A DNA stretch of 55,018 nt from Halobacteriaceae archaeon (GTDB lineage Archaea > Halobacteriota > Halobacteria > Halobacteriales > Halobacteriaceae), in NCBI GenBank assembly GCA_042216675.1, contig JBDGTS010000006.1, positions 1 through 55,018 of the forward strand, in the 5' to 3' direction. Positions within the stretch are counted from its first letter, which is position 1. Each line of letters starts with the position of its first letter. This document shows, in pieces, positions 30,001 to 39,390 of this stretch. The position numbers were made by a program, and so were the translations under genes. The notes under the pieces are model-generated. The model was not told the origin of the DNA and searched no databases. It worked only from the letters and a program-made list of their open reading frames with translations.

Positions 30001-30580
30001 CGTCGAACTCCGCGACGCCGGCGATTTCGTCGATGATTTCCCGCCGCTCGCCGGGCGTCATGTTGATGATGCCGGTCACGTCGCCCTGCATGACGACGTT
30101 GTACCCCTCGGGGGCGACGCCGGCCTGCGAGAGGAGGTCCTGAATGTCAGAGAGGTTGACCGACCGGCCGTTGAGGTAGTAGTAGGAGTAGTAGTTGTCG
30201 TCGGTGCGTTTGACGCGCCGCCGGATGGTGATGGTGTCGGCGTCGCCCACGTCGGCGGCGTCGACGCCCATCGCCGAGGCGATCTGCTGGGCGCTGAGCG
30301 TCCCGTCCTCGTTCGCGAGGACGACTTCGACGCTCGCCTCGCGCGGCCCGCCGGCCTCGTCGTCGGTGGCGTGGGAGGGGTTGTAGATGAGGTCCGTCAG
30401 TTTCTCGGCGCGCATGCCGCGGGTGCGGGCCAGCCCCAACGCGAACAGGACGGCGTCGATGATGTTCGACTTGCCCGACCCGTTCGGGCCGCTGATGGTC
30501 GTGAAGTCCTCGTACAGCGGGATGCGGGTGGTTCGTCCGAAGCTCTTGAAGTTCTTCAGGACGAGTTCTTCGATGTGCAT
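27005..30580 (-). CDS. smc: Chromosome partition protein SMC
   Basis: NFKSF, Walker A GPNGSGKSN, VMQGD, hinge GELVEKSGAMTGG, MSGGEKS, FYALDEIDAFLD, long coiled coils. Confidence 0.98.
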   Translation of the reverse strand: MHIEELVLKNFKSFGRTTRIPLYEDFTTISGPNGSGKSNIIDAVLFALGLARTRGMRAEKLTDLIYNPSHATDDEAGGPREASVEVVLANEDGTLSAQQIASAMGVDAADVGDADTITIRRRVKRTDDNYYSYYYLNGRSVNLSDIQDLLSQAGVAPEGYNVVMQGDVTGIINMTPGERREIIDEIAGVAEFDAKKEDAREELETVEERIDEADLRIENKRDRLVQLSDERETALEYRDLKEEREEYEGYRKAAELADRRDDLEETKGKAERRREKLVDLQEELDTRRGRVERLEEELADLNDEIERKGEDEQLAIKREMEEIKGDISRFEDKVESAEEKIEAAKAERREAFVEIDRKEEKIDELDDEIRETKVEKASIQSDIADKEAELEEVEAEIDAVDTAFDELKADLASKKEALEDARERRNELERERDRLLDEARRRADDIEETEADLDAARDRIPEIDAELDDLETELDKARANVEQIEGVVADLREEKQRLQSDLDDVEDDLNEAQQEYAELEASGGDDSSYGRAVSAIRNADLQGVHGPVAELGGVAERYALACETAAGGRMANVVVADDGVGQRCIDYLKQRNAGRATFLPMTEMQDRRLPSLPNHEGVVDFAFELVDFDAQYSGIFSYVLGDTLIVEDMATARDLMGDWRMVTLDGELVEKSGAMTGGSRSGSRYSFSGDGGRLERVADRITKLEDERRDLREEIRDVETRLDDARDRQTDAAEQVRAIEADIEAREQEREDVEAEIEALESDLTDLREDRAAVDDDITEQEEEIDAVAEEIATLEDEVAELESELADSRVPELTERKEEIEADIDELEARAADLDSDLNELQLERSYAEDAIEERNADIEAAQNRVAEQEERIAEFEAEIEAKEAELEAKEEAVAELEDELADLKAEREDLKETLSAARAARDSKEEEVNRAESRVESLEAQVDSLETEIAELEETVEADPEDVPDLDEVEERIQTLTAEMEALEPVNMLAIEEYEEVEAALADLEDKRETLVDERDGIEERIESYEDQKRETFMDAYRAIDAQFRDIFERLSNGTGELHLEDEDDPFEGGLTMRAQPGDKPIQRLDAMSGGEKSLTALAFIFALQRHNPAPFYALDEIDAFLDAANAERVGEMVDELAGEAQFVVVSHRSAMLERSERAIGVTMQENNVSAVTGIDLGGGADPEVEADD

Positions 30581-30595
30581 GGTGGGGGGCGCCCG

Positions 30596-30928
30596 TCAGG
30601 CGACGATGATGTCGTCGTCCTCGACCACGTCGCCGTCTTCGGTGTCGGCCGAATCCTTGGACTCGGGGGCTTTAGGGGTGTCGGCCTCCTCGGTCGCGTC
30701 CTCCGGATCCGCGCTCGGTTCCGGGCCCGCGTGCATCGGGTCGGTCGTCTCCGTCTCCTCCGTCTCGGCGCGGCCGTGGTCGCCCGCGGGGTCCACGTCC
30801 GTGGCCGCCTCCAGTTGGCGGATGCGCTCGGTGGCGTCCACGAGTTCCTCGGTGAGACCCCGAACGGTCGCTTCCAGTTCGGCGACCTTGCTCTCGAGTT
30901 CCTCGACGCGTTCGCTGTCCTCGCTCAT
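30596..30928 (-). CDS. Small acidic coiled-coil protein upstream of smc (DUF7518-like)
   Basis: RVEELESKVAELEATVRGLTEELVDATERIRQLE, an acidic linker and a C-terminal DDIIVA. Ends 15 bp before the smc ATG. Confidence 0.82.
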   Translation of the reverse strand: MSEDSERVEELESKVAELEATVRGLTEELVDATERIRQLEAATDVDPAGDHGRAETEETETTDPMHAGPEPSADPEDATEEADTPKAPESKDSADTEDGDVVEDDDIIVA

Positions 30929-31031
30929 GTTCCCACACCGGGACGGAACCCACATAAGGCTGTGTCAGTCGAGCGTCTGACGCTCGGGCACTCCGCCATG
31001 CTTTAGGGTCCGCCACGCGGAACTGGAAGTA

Positions 31032-32516
31032 ATGAGCGCGAGCGCGGCCAAACAGGAGGACCTCGCCGTCGTCATCGGACTCGAGGTCCACGTCCAACTG
31101 GAGACCGACACGAAGATTTTCTGTGGCTGTTCGACCGACGGCGCCGAGGAGCCCAACACCCGCACCTGCCCCGTCTGTCTCGGTCTGCCGGGCGCCCTCC
31201 CGGTTCTCAACGAGGGCGCCGTCGAGGCCGCCGTGAAACTCGGGAAGGCCCTCGACGCGGACATCCCCGAGCGCACCGGCTTCGACCGGAAGAACTACTT
31301 CTACCCCGACCTGCCGAAGGGATTCCAGATAACGCAGTACGGCGCGCCCGTCTGCGAGAACGGCACCCTCGAAATCAGCCACGAGGGGGAGCGCCGCCCG
31401 GTCTCCATCCGGCGCGCGCACCTCGAAGAGGACCCCGGTAGTATCGAACACGTCGGTGGCTCCATCGACCAAGCGGACTACACCCTCATCGACTACAACC
31501 GCGCCGGCGTCCCCCTGATGGAAATCGTCACGGAACCGGACCTCCGGAGCCCCGGCGAGGTGCGCGCGTTCCTCGCGAAGATGGAGGAAGTCCTCGAGTA
31601 TCTCGGCGTCTTCGACAGCAGCCGCGACGGGTCGCTCCGCGTGGACGCCAACGTCTCACTCGTGCCGGCCGACCAGATGAGCGAGGAAGGAGCGGTCAGC
31701 CCCGAGGACCTCGAAGCCGCGAACCGCACCGAGGTCAAGAACATCTCCAGTCACCGCGGCGCCGAACAGGCCCTCGCCTACGAGGTGAGCCGGCAGAAGA
31801 ACGCCATCCAGCGGGGTCGCGCCGTCGAACAGGAGACCCGCCACTGGGACGAGACGCGCGGCATCACCGTCTCGATGCGCTCGAAGGAGGCCGAGGAGGA
31901 CTACCGCTACTTCCCCGAGGCGGACCTGCCGCCACTCGAAGTGTCCCACTGGAAGGAGGAACTCTCGATTCCGGAACTCCCCGACGCCCGCCGCGAGCGC
32001 TTCCGCGAGGAGTACGGCCTCGGCGCGGAAGCCGCCGACAAACTCACTTCCACGAAGCAGGTGGCCGACTTCTACGAGGACGTGGCCGAGGCGTTCGACC
32101 CAGACCTCGCGGCGACGTGGGTGGCCGACACCTTGCTGGGCGAACTCCACTACCGCGACATGGAAATCACGGACGTGAGCGACCGACTCGACGAGTTCAC
32201 GCGACTCGTCGAACTCGTGGCCGAGGGCGAGATTACGGCGAAGAACGCCGAGGAAGTCGTCCTGCGGACGATGCTCGACGAGGGCCTCAGCCCCGACGAG
32301 GTCATCGAACGCGAGGACCTCGGCACCGCCGAGGCGGGCGAAGTCGAGGCCGCGGTGCAGGCCGCCGTCGAGGAGAACCCCGAGGCCGTCGAGGACTACC
32401 ACGCCGGCGAGGGCGGCGCGCTGAACTTCCTCGTCGGGCAGGTGATGCAGGAGACGGGCGGGAGCGCCGACCCCGGCACCGTCAACGAACTGCTCCGCGA
32501 GGAACTGGAGTCGTAG
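31032..32516 (+). CDS. gatB: Asp/Glu-tRNA amidotransferase subunit B
   Basis: VIGLEVHVQL, CPVCLGLPGALP, RKNYFYPDLPKGFQITQ, HLEEDPG, NRAGVPLMEIVTEPD, DYRYFPE. Confidence 0.98.
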   Translation: MSASAAKQEDLAVVIGLEVHVQLETDTKIFCGCSTDGAEEPNTRTCPVCLGLPGALPVLNEGAVEAAVKLGKALDADIPERTGFDRKNYFYPDLPKGFQITQYGAPVCENGTLEISHEGERRPVSIRRAHLEEDPGSIEHVGGSIDQADYTLIDYNRAGVPLMEIVTEPDLRSPGEVRAFLAKMEEVLEYLGVFDSSRDGSLRVDANVSLVPADQMSEEGAVSPEDLEAANRTEVKNISSHRGAEQALAYEVSRQKNAIQRGRAVEQETRHWDETRGITVSMRSKEAEEDYRYFPEADLPPLEVSHWKEELSIPELPDARRERFREEYGLGAEAADKLTSTKQVADFYEDVAEAFDPDLAATWVADTLLGELHYRDMEITDVSDRLDEFTRLVELVAEGEITAKNAEEVVLRTMLDEGLSPDEVIEREDLGTAEAGEVEAAVQAAVEENPEAVEDYHAGEGGALNFLVGQVMQETGGSADPGTVNELLREELES

Positions 32517-32566
32517 CCGAACGTCTTCGGCGCGGAACCCACCGGGCGGGGGCACCGACGCCCCAC

Positions 32567-32935
32567 ATGGTCAAGACGAGTTTCGACGCCGAGCGCACCT
32601 ACGGCGACGAGAAGTTCACCGCGCGCACGATTCACGAGAGCGAGCGAGCCAAGGTGGTACTCGGCTTCTTCGAACCCGGCCAGTTCATCCCCGTCCACGC
32701 GCCCGACAGCGACGTGGCCATCACCGTCCGCCGCGGCGCGGGCGTCGTCCGCGACGGCGACGACGAACACGCCGTCGAACCGGGCGACGTGGTGGCGATT
32801 CCGGCCGGCGAGGACCGCGGCGTGAAGGCCACCGAGGGCCGACTGGAAGCGACGCTCGTCACGTCCCCGCCGCCGGGCGACGCCGCCCACGAACCGGTTC
32901 GGGAGGGCATCCGCACCGACACGTTCGACCCCTGA
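32567..32935 (+). CDS. Cupin domain protein
   Basis: FEPGQFIPVHAP…VEPGDVVAIPAGEDRGV cupin motifs. Start MVKTSFD. Confidence 0.85.
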   Translation: MVKTSFDAERTYGDEKFTARTIHESERAKVVLGFFEPGQFIPVHAPDSDVAITVRRGAGVVRDGDDEHAVEPGDVVAIPAGEDRGVKATEGRLEATLVTSPPPGDAAHEPVREGIRTDTFDP

Positions 32936-33040
32936 CGCGCGCGCCCGACACGCGGCCGCGTCTGGGGCGCCGCAGTCTTGCGATTCGCCGGGCCGAAACG
33001 CTTACTTACCGAACCCGGCGTATCAACTGCCAACGCAACC

Positions 33041-35515
33041 GTGGAACTGATCGTCACCGAGAAGGAGAACGCCGCCCGCCGCATCGCCGACATCCTCAGC
33101 GACGGCGGCGCGAGCGTGTCGAGTCGCGACGGCGTGAACGTGTACCGCTGGGGCGACACCCGGTGTGTCGGCCTGTCGGGCCACGTCGTCGGCCTCGACT
33201 TCCCGCCGGAGTACAGCGACTGGCGCGACGTGGAACCGGCGGAACTGGTCCACGCCGACGTGATGACGCGCCCGACGAAGACGGACATCGTCGCCGTCCT
33301 GCAGGACCTCGCCGCCGACGCCGACCGGGTCGTCATCGCCACCGACTACGATCGGGAGGGCGAACTCATCGGCAAGGAGGCGTTGGACCTCGTCCGCGAC
33401 GTGAACGAGGACGCGACGGCCGACCGGGTTCGCTTCTCCTCTATCACCGAGACGGCAGTCCGGGAGGCCTTTGCCGACCCCGAGGACCTCGACGAGGACC
33501 TCGCGGCCGCCGGTGAAGCCCGTCAAATCGTGGACCTCGTGTGGGGCGCCGCCCTCACGCGCTTCCTCTCGCTCTCGGCCGGGCAGATGGGCGACGACTT
33601 CATCTCCGTGGGCCGGGTGCAGTCGCCGACGCTCAAACTCATCGTGGACAAGGAGCGCGAAATCGAGGCGTTCGACCCCGAGGACTACTGGGAACTGTAC
33701 GCGGACCTCACCGCCGACGGCGAGACGTTCGAGGCCCAGTACGTGTACGAGGCCGAGGACGGCACCGAGAACGACCGGGTCTGGAACGAGGGCGACGCCG
33801 AGGCTGCCTACGCCGCCATCGCCGACGCCGGCGAGGCGCCGGTCACCGACGTCACCTCCTACACCCGCACGGACGACCCGCCCGTGCCGTTCGACACGAC
33901 GGCGTTCATCTCCGCCGCCGGCAGTCTCGGCTTCTCGGCGAACCGCGCGATGAGCATCGCCGAGGAACTGTACACCGCGGGGCACATCTCCTACCCCCGG
34001 ACGGACAACACCGTCTACCCCGACGACTTGGACCCCGAGGACCTGCTCGACGCGTTCAGCGCCACCCGCGCGTTCGGCGACGACGCCGAGTCGCTGCTGG
34101 ACGGGGACCTCGAACCCACCGAGGGCGACGAGGAGACGACCGACCACCCGCCGATTCACCCCACCGAGGACGTGCCCACCGAGGGCGAACTCGGCGAGGA
34201 CGAGTGGACCATCTACGAACTCGTCGCCCGGCGCTTCATGGCGACGCTCGCGGACCCCGCCGAGTGGGAGCATCTCCGCGTCGTCGCGAGCGTCGGGGAC
34301 CGCCGCCTGAAGGCCAACGGCAAGCGCCTCGCCGAGGCGGGCTACCACGACGTGTACCCCTACGGCTCCACCGCCGAGAACTACGTCCCCGCCGTCTCTG
34401 AGGGCGACGTGCTGACCGTCTCGGACGCCCGCCTCGAAGCGAAGCAGACCCAACCGCCGCGCCGCTACGGCCAGTCCCGCCTCATCGAGAAGATGGCGGA
34501 CCTCGGCCTCGGCACGAAGTCCACCCGGCACAACACCATCGAGAAACTGTACGACCGGGGCTACATCGAGAGCGACCCACCGCGCCCGACGCGCCTCGCC
34601 CGCGCCGTCGTCGAGGCCGCCGAGGAGTACGCCGAGCGAGTGGTCGACGAGGAGATGACCCGCCAACTGGAGGCCGACATGACCGCCATCGCCGAGGGCG
34701 AGACGGACCTCGACTCGGTGACACAGGAGTCCCGCGACGCCCTCGACGCGGTGTTCGAGTCGCTGCGGGAGTCCCGCGAGGAACTGGGCGACTACCTCAG
34801 CGACTCGCTGAAGGCCGACAAGACCCTCGGCCCCTGCCCGGAGTGCGGGTCGGACCTCCTCGTGCGCCGGAGCCGACAGGGCTCGTACTTCGTCGGCTGT
34901 GACGGCTACCCCGACTGCGAGTACACCCTGCCGCTCCCGAGCAGCGGCGAACCCCTCGTCTTGGAGGAGACCTGCGACGACCACGACCTGCGACACGTGA
35001 AGATGCTCGCCGGCCGGGGCACCTTCGTCCACGGCTGTCCGCGCTGTCAGGCCGAGGCCGCGGACGAAACCGAGGACCGCGTCATCGGCCCCTGTCCGGA
35101 GTGTGGCGAGCGTCACGGCGGCGAACTCGCCGTCAAGACGCTCCGCACGGGGTCCCGCCTCGTCGGGTGTACCCGCTACCCCGACTGCGAGTACTCCCTG
35201 CCGCTCCCCCGCCGCGGCGACATCGAGGTGACCGACGCCCGGTGTGACGACCACGACTTGCCCGAACTCGTCGTCCACGCCGAGGGCGACGACGAACCGT
35301 GGGAACTGGGCTGCCCCATCTGCAACTATCAGGAGTATCAGGCCCGCCGCGACCTAGAGGACATCGACGGCATCGGCCCCGCGACGGCCGAGAAACTCGA
35401 AGAGGCGGGCATCGAGCACCCCGGTGACCTCGCCGCCGTCGACGTCGAGGACGTGGCCGAGGACGTAGAGGGCGTCAGCGCCGACAGCCTCCGCGAGTGG
35501 CAGCGGGCGGCTTAG
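33041..35515 (+). CDS. topA: Type IA DNA topoisomerase with C-terminal Zn ribbons and HhH
   Basis: TOPRIM ELIVTEK…IATDYDREGE, SVGRVQSPTL, catalytic ISYPRTD, HPPIHP, GLGTKSTR, repeated CPECG…GC..YPDC. GTG start. Confidence 0.97.
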   Translation: MELIVTEKENAARRIADILSDGGASVSSRDGVNVYRWGDTRCVGLSGHVVGLDFPPEYSDWRDVEPAELVHADVMTRPTKTDIVAVLQDLAADADRVVIATDYDREGELIGKEALDLVRDVNEDATADRVRFSSITETAVREAFADPEDLDEDLAAAGEARQIVDLVWGAALTRFLSLSAGQMGDDFISVGRVQSPTLKLIVDKEREIEAFDPEDYWELYADLTADGETFEAQYVYEAEDGTENDRVWNEGDAEAAYAAIADAGEAPVTDVTSYTRTDDPPVPFDTTAFISAAGSLGFSANRAMSIAEELYTAGHISYPRTDNTVYPDDLDPEDLLDAFSATRAFGDDAESLLDGDLEPTEGDEETTDHPPIHPTEDVPTEGELGEDEWTIYELVARRFMATLADPAEWEHLRVVASVGDRRLKANGKRLAEAGYHDVYPYGSTAENYVPAVSEGDVLTVSDARLEAKQTQPPRRYGQSRLIEKMADLGLGTKSTRHNTIEKLYDRGYIESDPPRPTRLARAVVEAAEEYAERVVDEEMTRQLEADMTAIAEGETDLDSVTQESRDALDAVFESLRESREELGDYLSDSLKADKTLGPCPECGSDLLVRRSRQGSYFVGCDGYPDCEYTLPLPSSGEPLVLEETCDDHDLRHVKMLAGRGTFVHGCPRCQAEAADETEDRVIGPCPECGERHGGELAVKTLRTGSRLVGCTRYPDCEYSLPLPRRGDIEVTDARCDDHDLPELVVHAEGDDEPWELGCPICNYQEYQARRDLEDIDGIGPATAEKLEEAGIEHPGDLAAVDVEDVAEDVEGVSADSLREWQRAA

Positions 35516-36999
35516 TAGCGCTCCTTCAGGCTCGCCGCCCGCTCTCGAACCGCCGTCAGTTCCTCGTCGTCCATCCGGTCGAGGTGCCCGTAGACGGCCG
35601 CGATGCGGGGGTTCGACCGCAGGCGGTCCTCGTGTCTGTCGAGGAAGTCCCAGTAGAGCGCGTTGAACGGACAGGCGTCCGCGCCCGTCCGCTCGTCCGG
35701 GTCGAACCGACAGCCCTCGCAGTGGTCGCTCATCTTCTCGACGTAGTTCGCCGAGGAGACGTACGGCTTCGTCGCGAACAGGTCGGCCGCGTACTGCCCC
35801 ATCTCGACGACGTTCGGCGTCACGACCCAGTGGAACGCGTCCACGAACGCGGCGTGGAACCACCGATTGATGGCCGACGGCTTGACGCCCCGCAGGAGCG
35901 CGAAGTTCGAGAGGAGCATCAGTCGTTCGATGTGGTGCGCGTAGCCCCGCGCCCGGACGCCCTCGACGGCGTCGGCGAGACACGCCATGTCCGTGTCGCC
36001 GGTCCAGTAGAAGTCGGGCAGGGGCGCCGTCGCGTCGAGGCGATTCGCGTCGGCGAGGGCGGGCATCCCGCGCCGGTAGGCGTGACGCACGAACTCGCGC
36101 CAGCCCAGCACCTGCCGCACGAAGCCCTCGACGCTGTTGATGGGCACGTCCGCGCGCTCTCGGTGGGCCGCGATGACTCGCTCGATGACCTCTGCGGGGC
36201 GCAACAGCCCGAGATTCAGCGGCACCGAGAGCAGCGAGTGCGACAGCGCCCACTCCGCGCCGAGCATCGCGTCCTGATACGGGCCGAAATCCGCGAGACG
36301 GTTCTCGGCGAAGTCGTCGAGAGCGCTCAGCGCCGCGTCGCGGGTCACCGGCCAGCGAAACGGCTCCGGGTCGGCCCAGTCGGCGTCGAACGTCGCCGCC
36401 ACCCAGTCGCGCACCTCGCGCGTCGTCTCGTCCGGTGGAAACGTCTCGGGCGTCGGCGGGTCGTAGTCCGCGGGCGGCGTCTCGCGGTTCTCCTCGTCGT
36501 AGTTCCACTGCCCGCCCACGGGGTCGTCGCCGTCCATCAGGTAGCCGGTGCGCCGTCGCTGGAAGCGGTAGAACGCCTCGTGACCGAGTTCGGCCTCGCC
36601 CTCGGCCCACTCGTCGAAGGCGGCCGGCGAGCAGAGAAAGCGCTCGTCGGGGACCAGCGTCAGGTCGCCGCCCGCCTCGGCGACGATTTCCTGAAGTCGG
36701 TCGTCGGCGCCGTACGCGAGGGGGCGCATCGCCACGAGTTCGTCGCCGGGATCGGCGTCGAGGTGCGCCGCGATGCCGTCGCCGAGCGTCGCGGCCTGCC
36801 GGTACTCTACAGTCCTGCCCTCCGCTCGTAACTCGTCCCGGAAGTGCCGCATCGCGCTGTAGACGGCGACCAGCTTGTGCGGGTGGTAGGGGAGGCGGCG
36901 GCCGAACGCCTCGCTCTCGACGAGCAACAGGCGCTCGTCACGGTCCGCAACCGGGCCGACGGCGCGCGTCAGTTGGTCGCCGAGGACGAGGACGGTCAC
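35512..36999 (-). CDS. FeS-BCP class cryptochrome/(6-4) photolyase
   Basis: VLVLGDQL, HPHKL..VYSAMRHF, GGQWNYDEENR, FGPYQDAM, EGFVRQVLGWRE, GYAHHIERLM, KPYVSSANY, and four Cys (MACL, HCEGC, ACPF). Confidence 0.92.
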   Translation of the reverse strand: MTVLVLGDQLTRAVGPVADRDERLLLVESEAFGRRLPYHPHKLVAVYSAMRHFRDELRAEGRTVEYRQAATLGDGIAAHLDADPGDELVAMRPLAYGADDRLQEIVAEAGGDLTLVPDERFLCSPAAFDEWAEGEAELGHEAFYRFQRRRTGYLMDGDDPVGGQWNYDEENRETPPADYDPPTPETFPPDETTREVRDWVAATFDADWADPEPFRWPVTRDAALSALDDFAENRLADFGPYQDAMLGAEWALSHSLLSVPLNLGLLRPAEVIERVIAAHRERADVPINSVEGFVRQVLGWREFVRHAYRRGMPALADANRLDATAPLPDFYWTGDTDMACLADAVEGVRARGYAHHIERLMLLSNFALLRGVKPSAINRWFHAAFVDAFHWVVTPNVVEMGQYAADLFATKPYVSSANYVEKMSDHCEGCRFDPDERTGADACPFNALYWDFLDRHEDRLRSNPRIAAVYGHLDRMDDEELTAVRERAASLKERY

Positions 37000-37000
37000 G

Positions 37001-37987
37001 TCAGTGGCCTTCGACGCCGACGGGGCCGTAGGGCTCTTCGAGGTACTCCTGCTCGGACTCCGTGAGGTCGATGTCGAGGGCCTCGACGGCGTCTTCGAGG
37101 TGTTCGACGCTCGTCGTGCCGACGATGGGCGCGTCCACGGTGTCCTGATGGAGGAGCCACGAGAGCGCGATCTGCGCCATCGACACCTGCTTCTCCGCCG
37201 CCAGTTCCTCGACGCGTTCGTTCACCTCGTCGCCGCCGTTCGCGCGGTACGTGTCGATTCGGCTGGCGAAGTCGCCGTCGTTCATGTAGCGGCCCCGCGT
37301 CGTCTCCAAGAACTCCTCGTGGGGCCGGGTGAGGTAGCCCCGCGCGAGCGGCGACCACGGGATGACGCCGACGCCTTCACGGTCACAGAGCGGGAGCATC
37401 TCGCGCTCCTCCTCCCGGTAGGCGAGGTTGTAGTGGTTCTGCATGGAGACGAAGCGCTCCAGATTCTGCATCTCGGAGGTGTGGAGGGCGTCGGCGAACT
37501 GGTGTGCCCACATCGACGAGGCGCCGACGTACCGCACCTGATTCCGGCGCACGGCGTCGTCGAGGGTCCGCATCGTCTCCGCGATCGGCACGTCGTAGTC
37601 CCAGCGGTGAATCTGGTACAGGTCGATGGTGTCCATCCCCAGTCGGTCGAGGCTGTTCTGCAGTTCCTGCTCGATGGCCTTCCGCGAGAGGCCCTCCGCG
37701 TTCGGGTTGTCCTCGTCCATCCCGCCGTACACCTTCGTGGCGACGACCGGCCAGTCCCGGTCGTAGTCCGCGAGGGCGTTCCCGAGGATGCGCTCGGACT
37801 CGCCGTTCGAGTAGACGTTCGCGGTGTCGAAGAAATTGATGCCGAGGTCGATTGCGCGCTCGATGATTTCGGTGCTCTCCTCCTCGTCCAGCACCCAGTC
37901 GCGCCACTCGCTGTCCCCGAAACTCATACAGCCCAGACAGATGCGGCTGACCTCCAGTCCCGTGTCGCCGAGGGTCGTGTACTCCAT
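37001..37987 (-). CDS. Aldo/keto reductase (YajO/aryl-alcohol dehydrogenase-like)
   Basis: LGCMSFG, FFDTANVYS, VVATKV, DLYQIHRWD, QNHYNL, PWSPLARG. Confidence 0.93.
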   Translation of the reverse strand: MEYTTLGDTGLEVSRICLGCMSFGDSEWRDWVLDEEESTEIIERAIDLGINFFDTANVYSNGESERILGNALADYDRDWPVVATKVYGGMDEDNPNAEGLSRKAIEQELQNSLDRLGMDTIDLYQIHRWDYDVPIAETMRTLDDAVRRNQVRYVGASSMWAHQFADALHTSEMQNLERFVSMQNHYNLAYREEEREMLPLCDREGVGVIPWSPLARGYLTRPHEEFLETTRGRYMNDGDFASRIDTYRANGGDEVNERVEELAAEKQVSMAQIALSWLLHQDTVDAPIVGTTSVEHLEDAVEALDIDLTESEQEYLEEPYGPVGVEGH

Positions 37988-38094
37988 GGACGGGGGTCGG
38001 CGGCGCACAGCAAAAGGGTTCGGCTGCCGGCCAGTGCGTGGCGTTCTCGCCGACGACCGAAATTTGATTACCGCGTCGCCCTTCATCTCCGGTG

Positions 38095-39390
38095 ATGCGG
38101 CTCGACGACTACGTCGACGGACTCGAACCCGACGAGGGCGTCGAGCGGCGCAAGCTGGCCGAGGAGAAGTCCTACGAGATTCTGGACCACCTCGACGACG
38201 TGGCTCAGTCCTTCGACGCCGCCCAGCAGGGCGACTCCCTGTTCGGGTCGACGGCGCCCTCGGTGTTCGTCGGGCGCCACGGCTACCCGGACGTGTCGGC
38301 GGGCATCCTCTCGCCGATGGAGACGGCCGCGGACGCCGAGCGCTTCGCCACCAGCGGCGCGTGGTACGAGAACGGCCTCGACATCGACGGCGTCCTCCAG
38401 CGACGGTCGGGCCTGCTGAACTCCACGCGCGGCGCGACAGTCGACGTCGAGGACACGTGGGACGGCTTCGTGGGCGTCCAGCGAGAGGTGGCCCTCGCGG
38501 ACCGGCCGGTGGACGTGGAGATCGGCCTCTCGGAGTCCCCGGACCTCGATTTCTCGCTGGACGACGTGACGACCCCCACCGGCCCGAACGCGCGCGCCGA
38601 GTCCGCCGACCTCGCGGAGAACCCCCACGTCCCCAAGGAAGTCGAGAAGACCCTCCGTGACGACGACTGGGGCGCCGAGGGCGCGATGACGTACCTCTAT
38701 CGCCGGGACTTCGACGTGTACGACATCAATCGCGTCCTCTCCGCCGGCGGCCTCGGCAAGGGCGAGAACCGCCGTCTCGTGCCGACCCGGTGGTCCATCA
38801 CCGCCGTCGACGACACCGTGGGCGGCTATCTCCGCGGGAAAGTGCGGACGAACACGCAACTCGGGAGCGTCGAGGTGTGGGTCAACGAGTACATGGGCAA
38901 CCGCTACTGGATCGTCCTCGCGCCCGGTCAGTGGGAGTTCGAGTTGGTCGAGATGAAGTCCCCCGGCTCAGTCTGGAACCCCGACCCCGAGGGCGAAATT
39001 TGGATGGCGAGCGCCCACGAGGGCTACGAGGGGCGCACGGGCTACGTCGAGGAGACGGCCGGCGCGTACTACGCCGCGCGCCTCGGCGTCCTCGAATATC
39101 TCGACCGCATCGACCGGCAGGCGAAGGCGCTCGTCCTGCGCGAGGTGTCCGACGACTACTGGGCACCCGTCGGCGTCTGGCAGATTCGCGAGAGCGTCCG
39201 CAACGCCTTCGACGAGGCGCCAGAGGCCCACCGCCGCGCGGACGAACTCGCGGGCGAACCCGGCGAGGCGGCGTCGCTCGGGCAGGCGCTTCGGACCGTC
39301 GCCACCCAACTGCCGGTGTCGCTGGCGGACCTCAAGCGCAAGTCCGAACTCGCCGCGGGCGTCCAGACGACGTTCGGCGACTTCGGGTAG
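38095..39390 (+). CDS. nreA: Archaeal DNA repair protein NreA
   Basis: PSVFVGRHGYP, RRLVPTRWSITAVD, GAYYAARL, YWAPVGVWQIRE, C-terminal PIP box QTTFGDF. Confidence 0.93.
   Translation: MRLDDYVDGLEPDEGVERRKLAEEKSYEILDHLDDVAQSFDAAQQGDSLFGSTAPSVFVGRHGYPDVSAGILSPMETAADAERFATSGAWYENGLDIDGVLQRRSGLLNSTRGATVDVEDTWDGFVGVQREVALADRPVDVEIGLSESPDLDFSLDDVTTPTGPNARAESADLAENPHVPKEVEKTLRDDDWGAEGAMTYLYRRDFDVYDINRVLSAGGLGKGENRRLVPTRWSITAVDDTVGGYLRGKVRTNTQLGSVEVWVNEYMGNRYWIVLAPGQWEFELVEMKSPGSVWNPDPEGEIWMASAHEGYEGRTGYVEETAGAYYAARLGVLEYLDRIDRQAKALVLREVSDDYWAPVGVWQIRESVRNAFDEAPEAHRRADELAGEPGEAASLGQALRTVATQLPVSLADLKRKSELAAGVQTTFGDFG

Noticed and set aside
33023-35278. 751-aa minus-strand ORF (and the many similar Arg/Ser-rich alternative-frame ORFs in the track)
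   Set aside because: Antisense or off-frame to topA and other clear genes. The composition does not match the acidic halophile proteome.
39211-39252. Possible extra segment EAPEAHRRADELA in NreA as a second palindromic insertion
   Set aside because: No clear inverted repeat or flanking duplication, and codon usage is normal. More likely ordinary loop variation.
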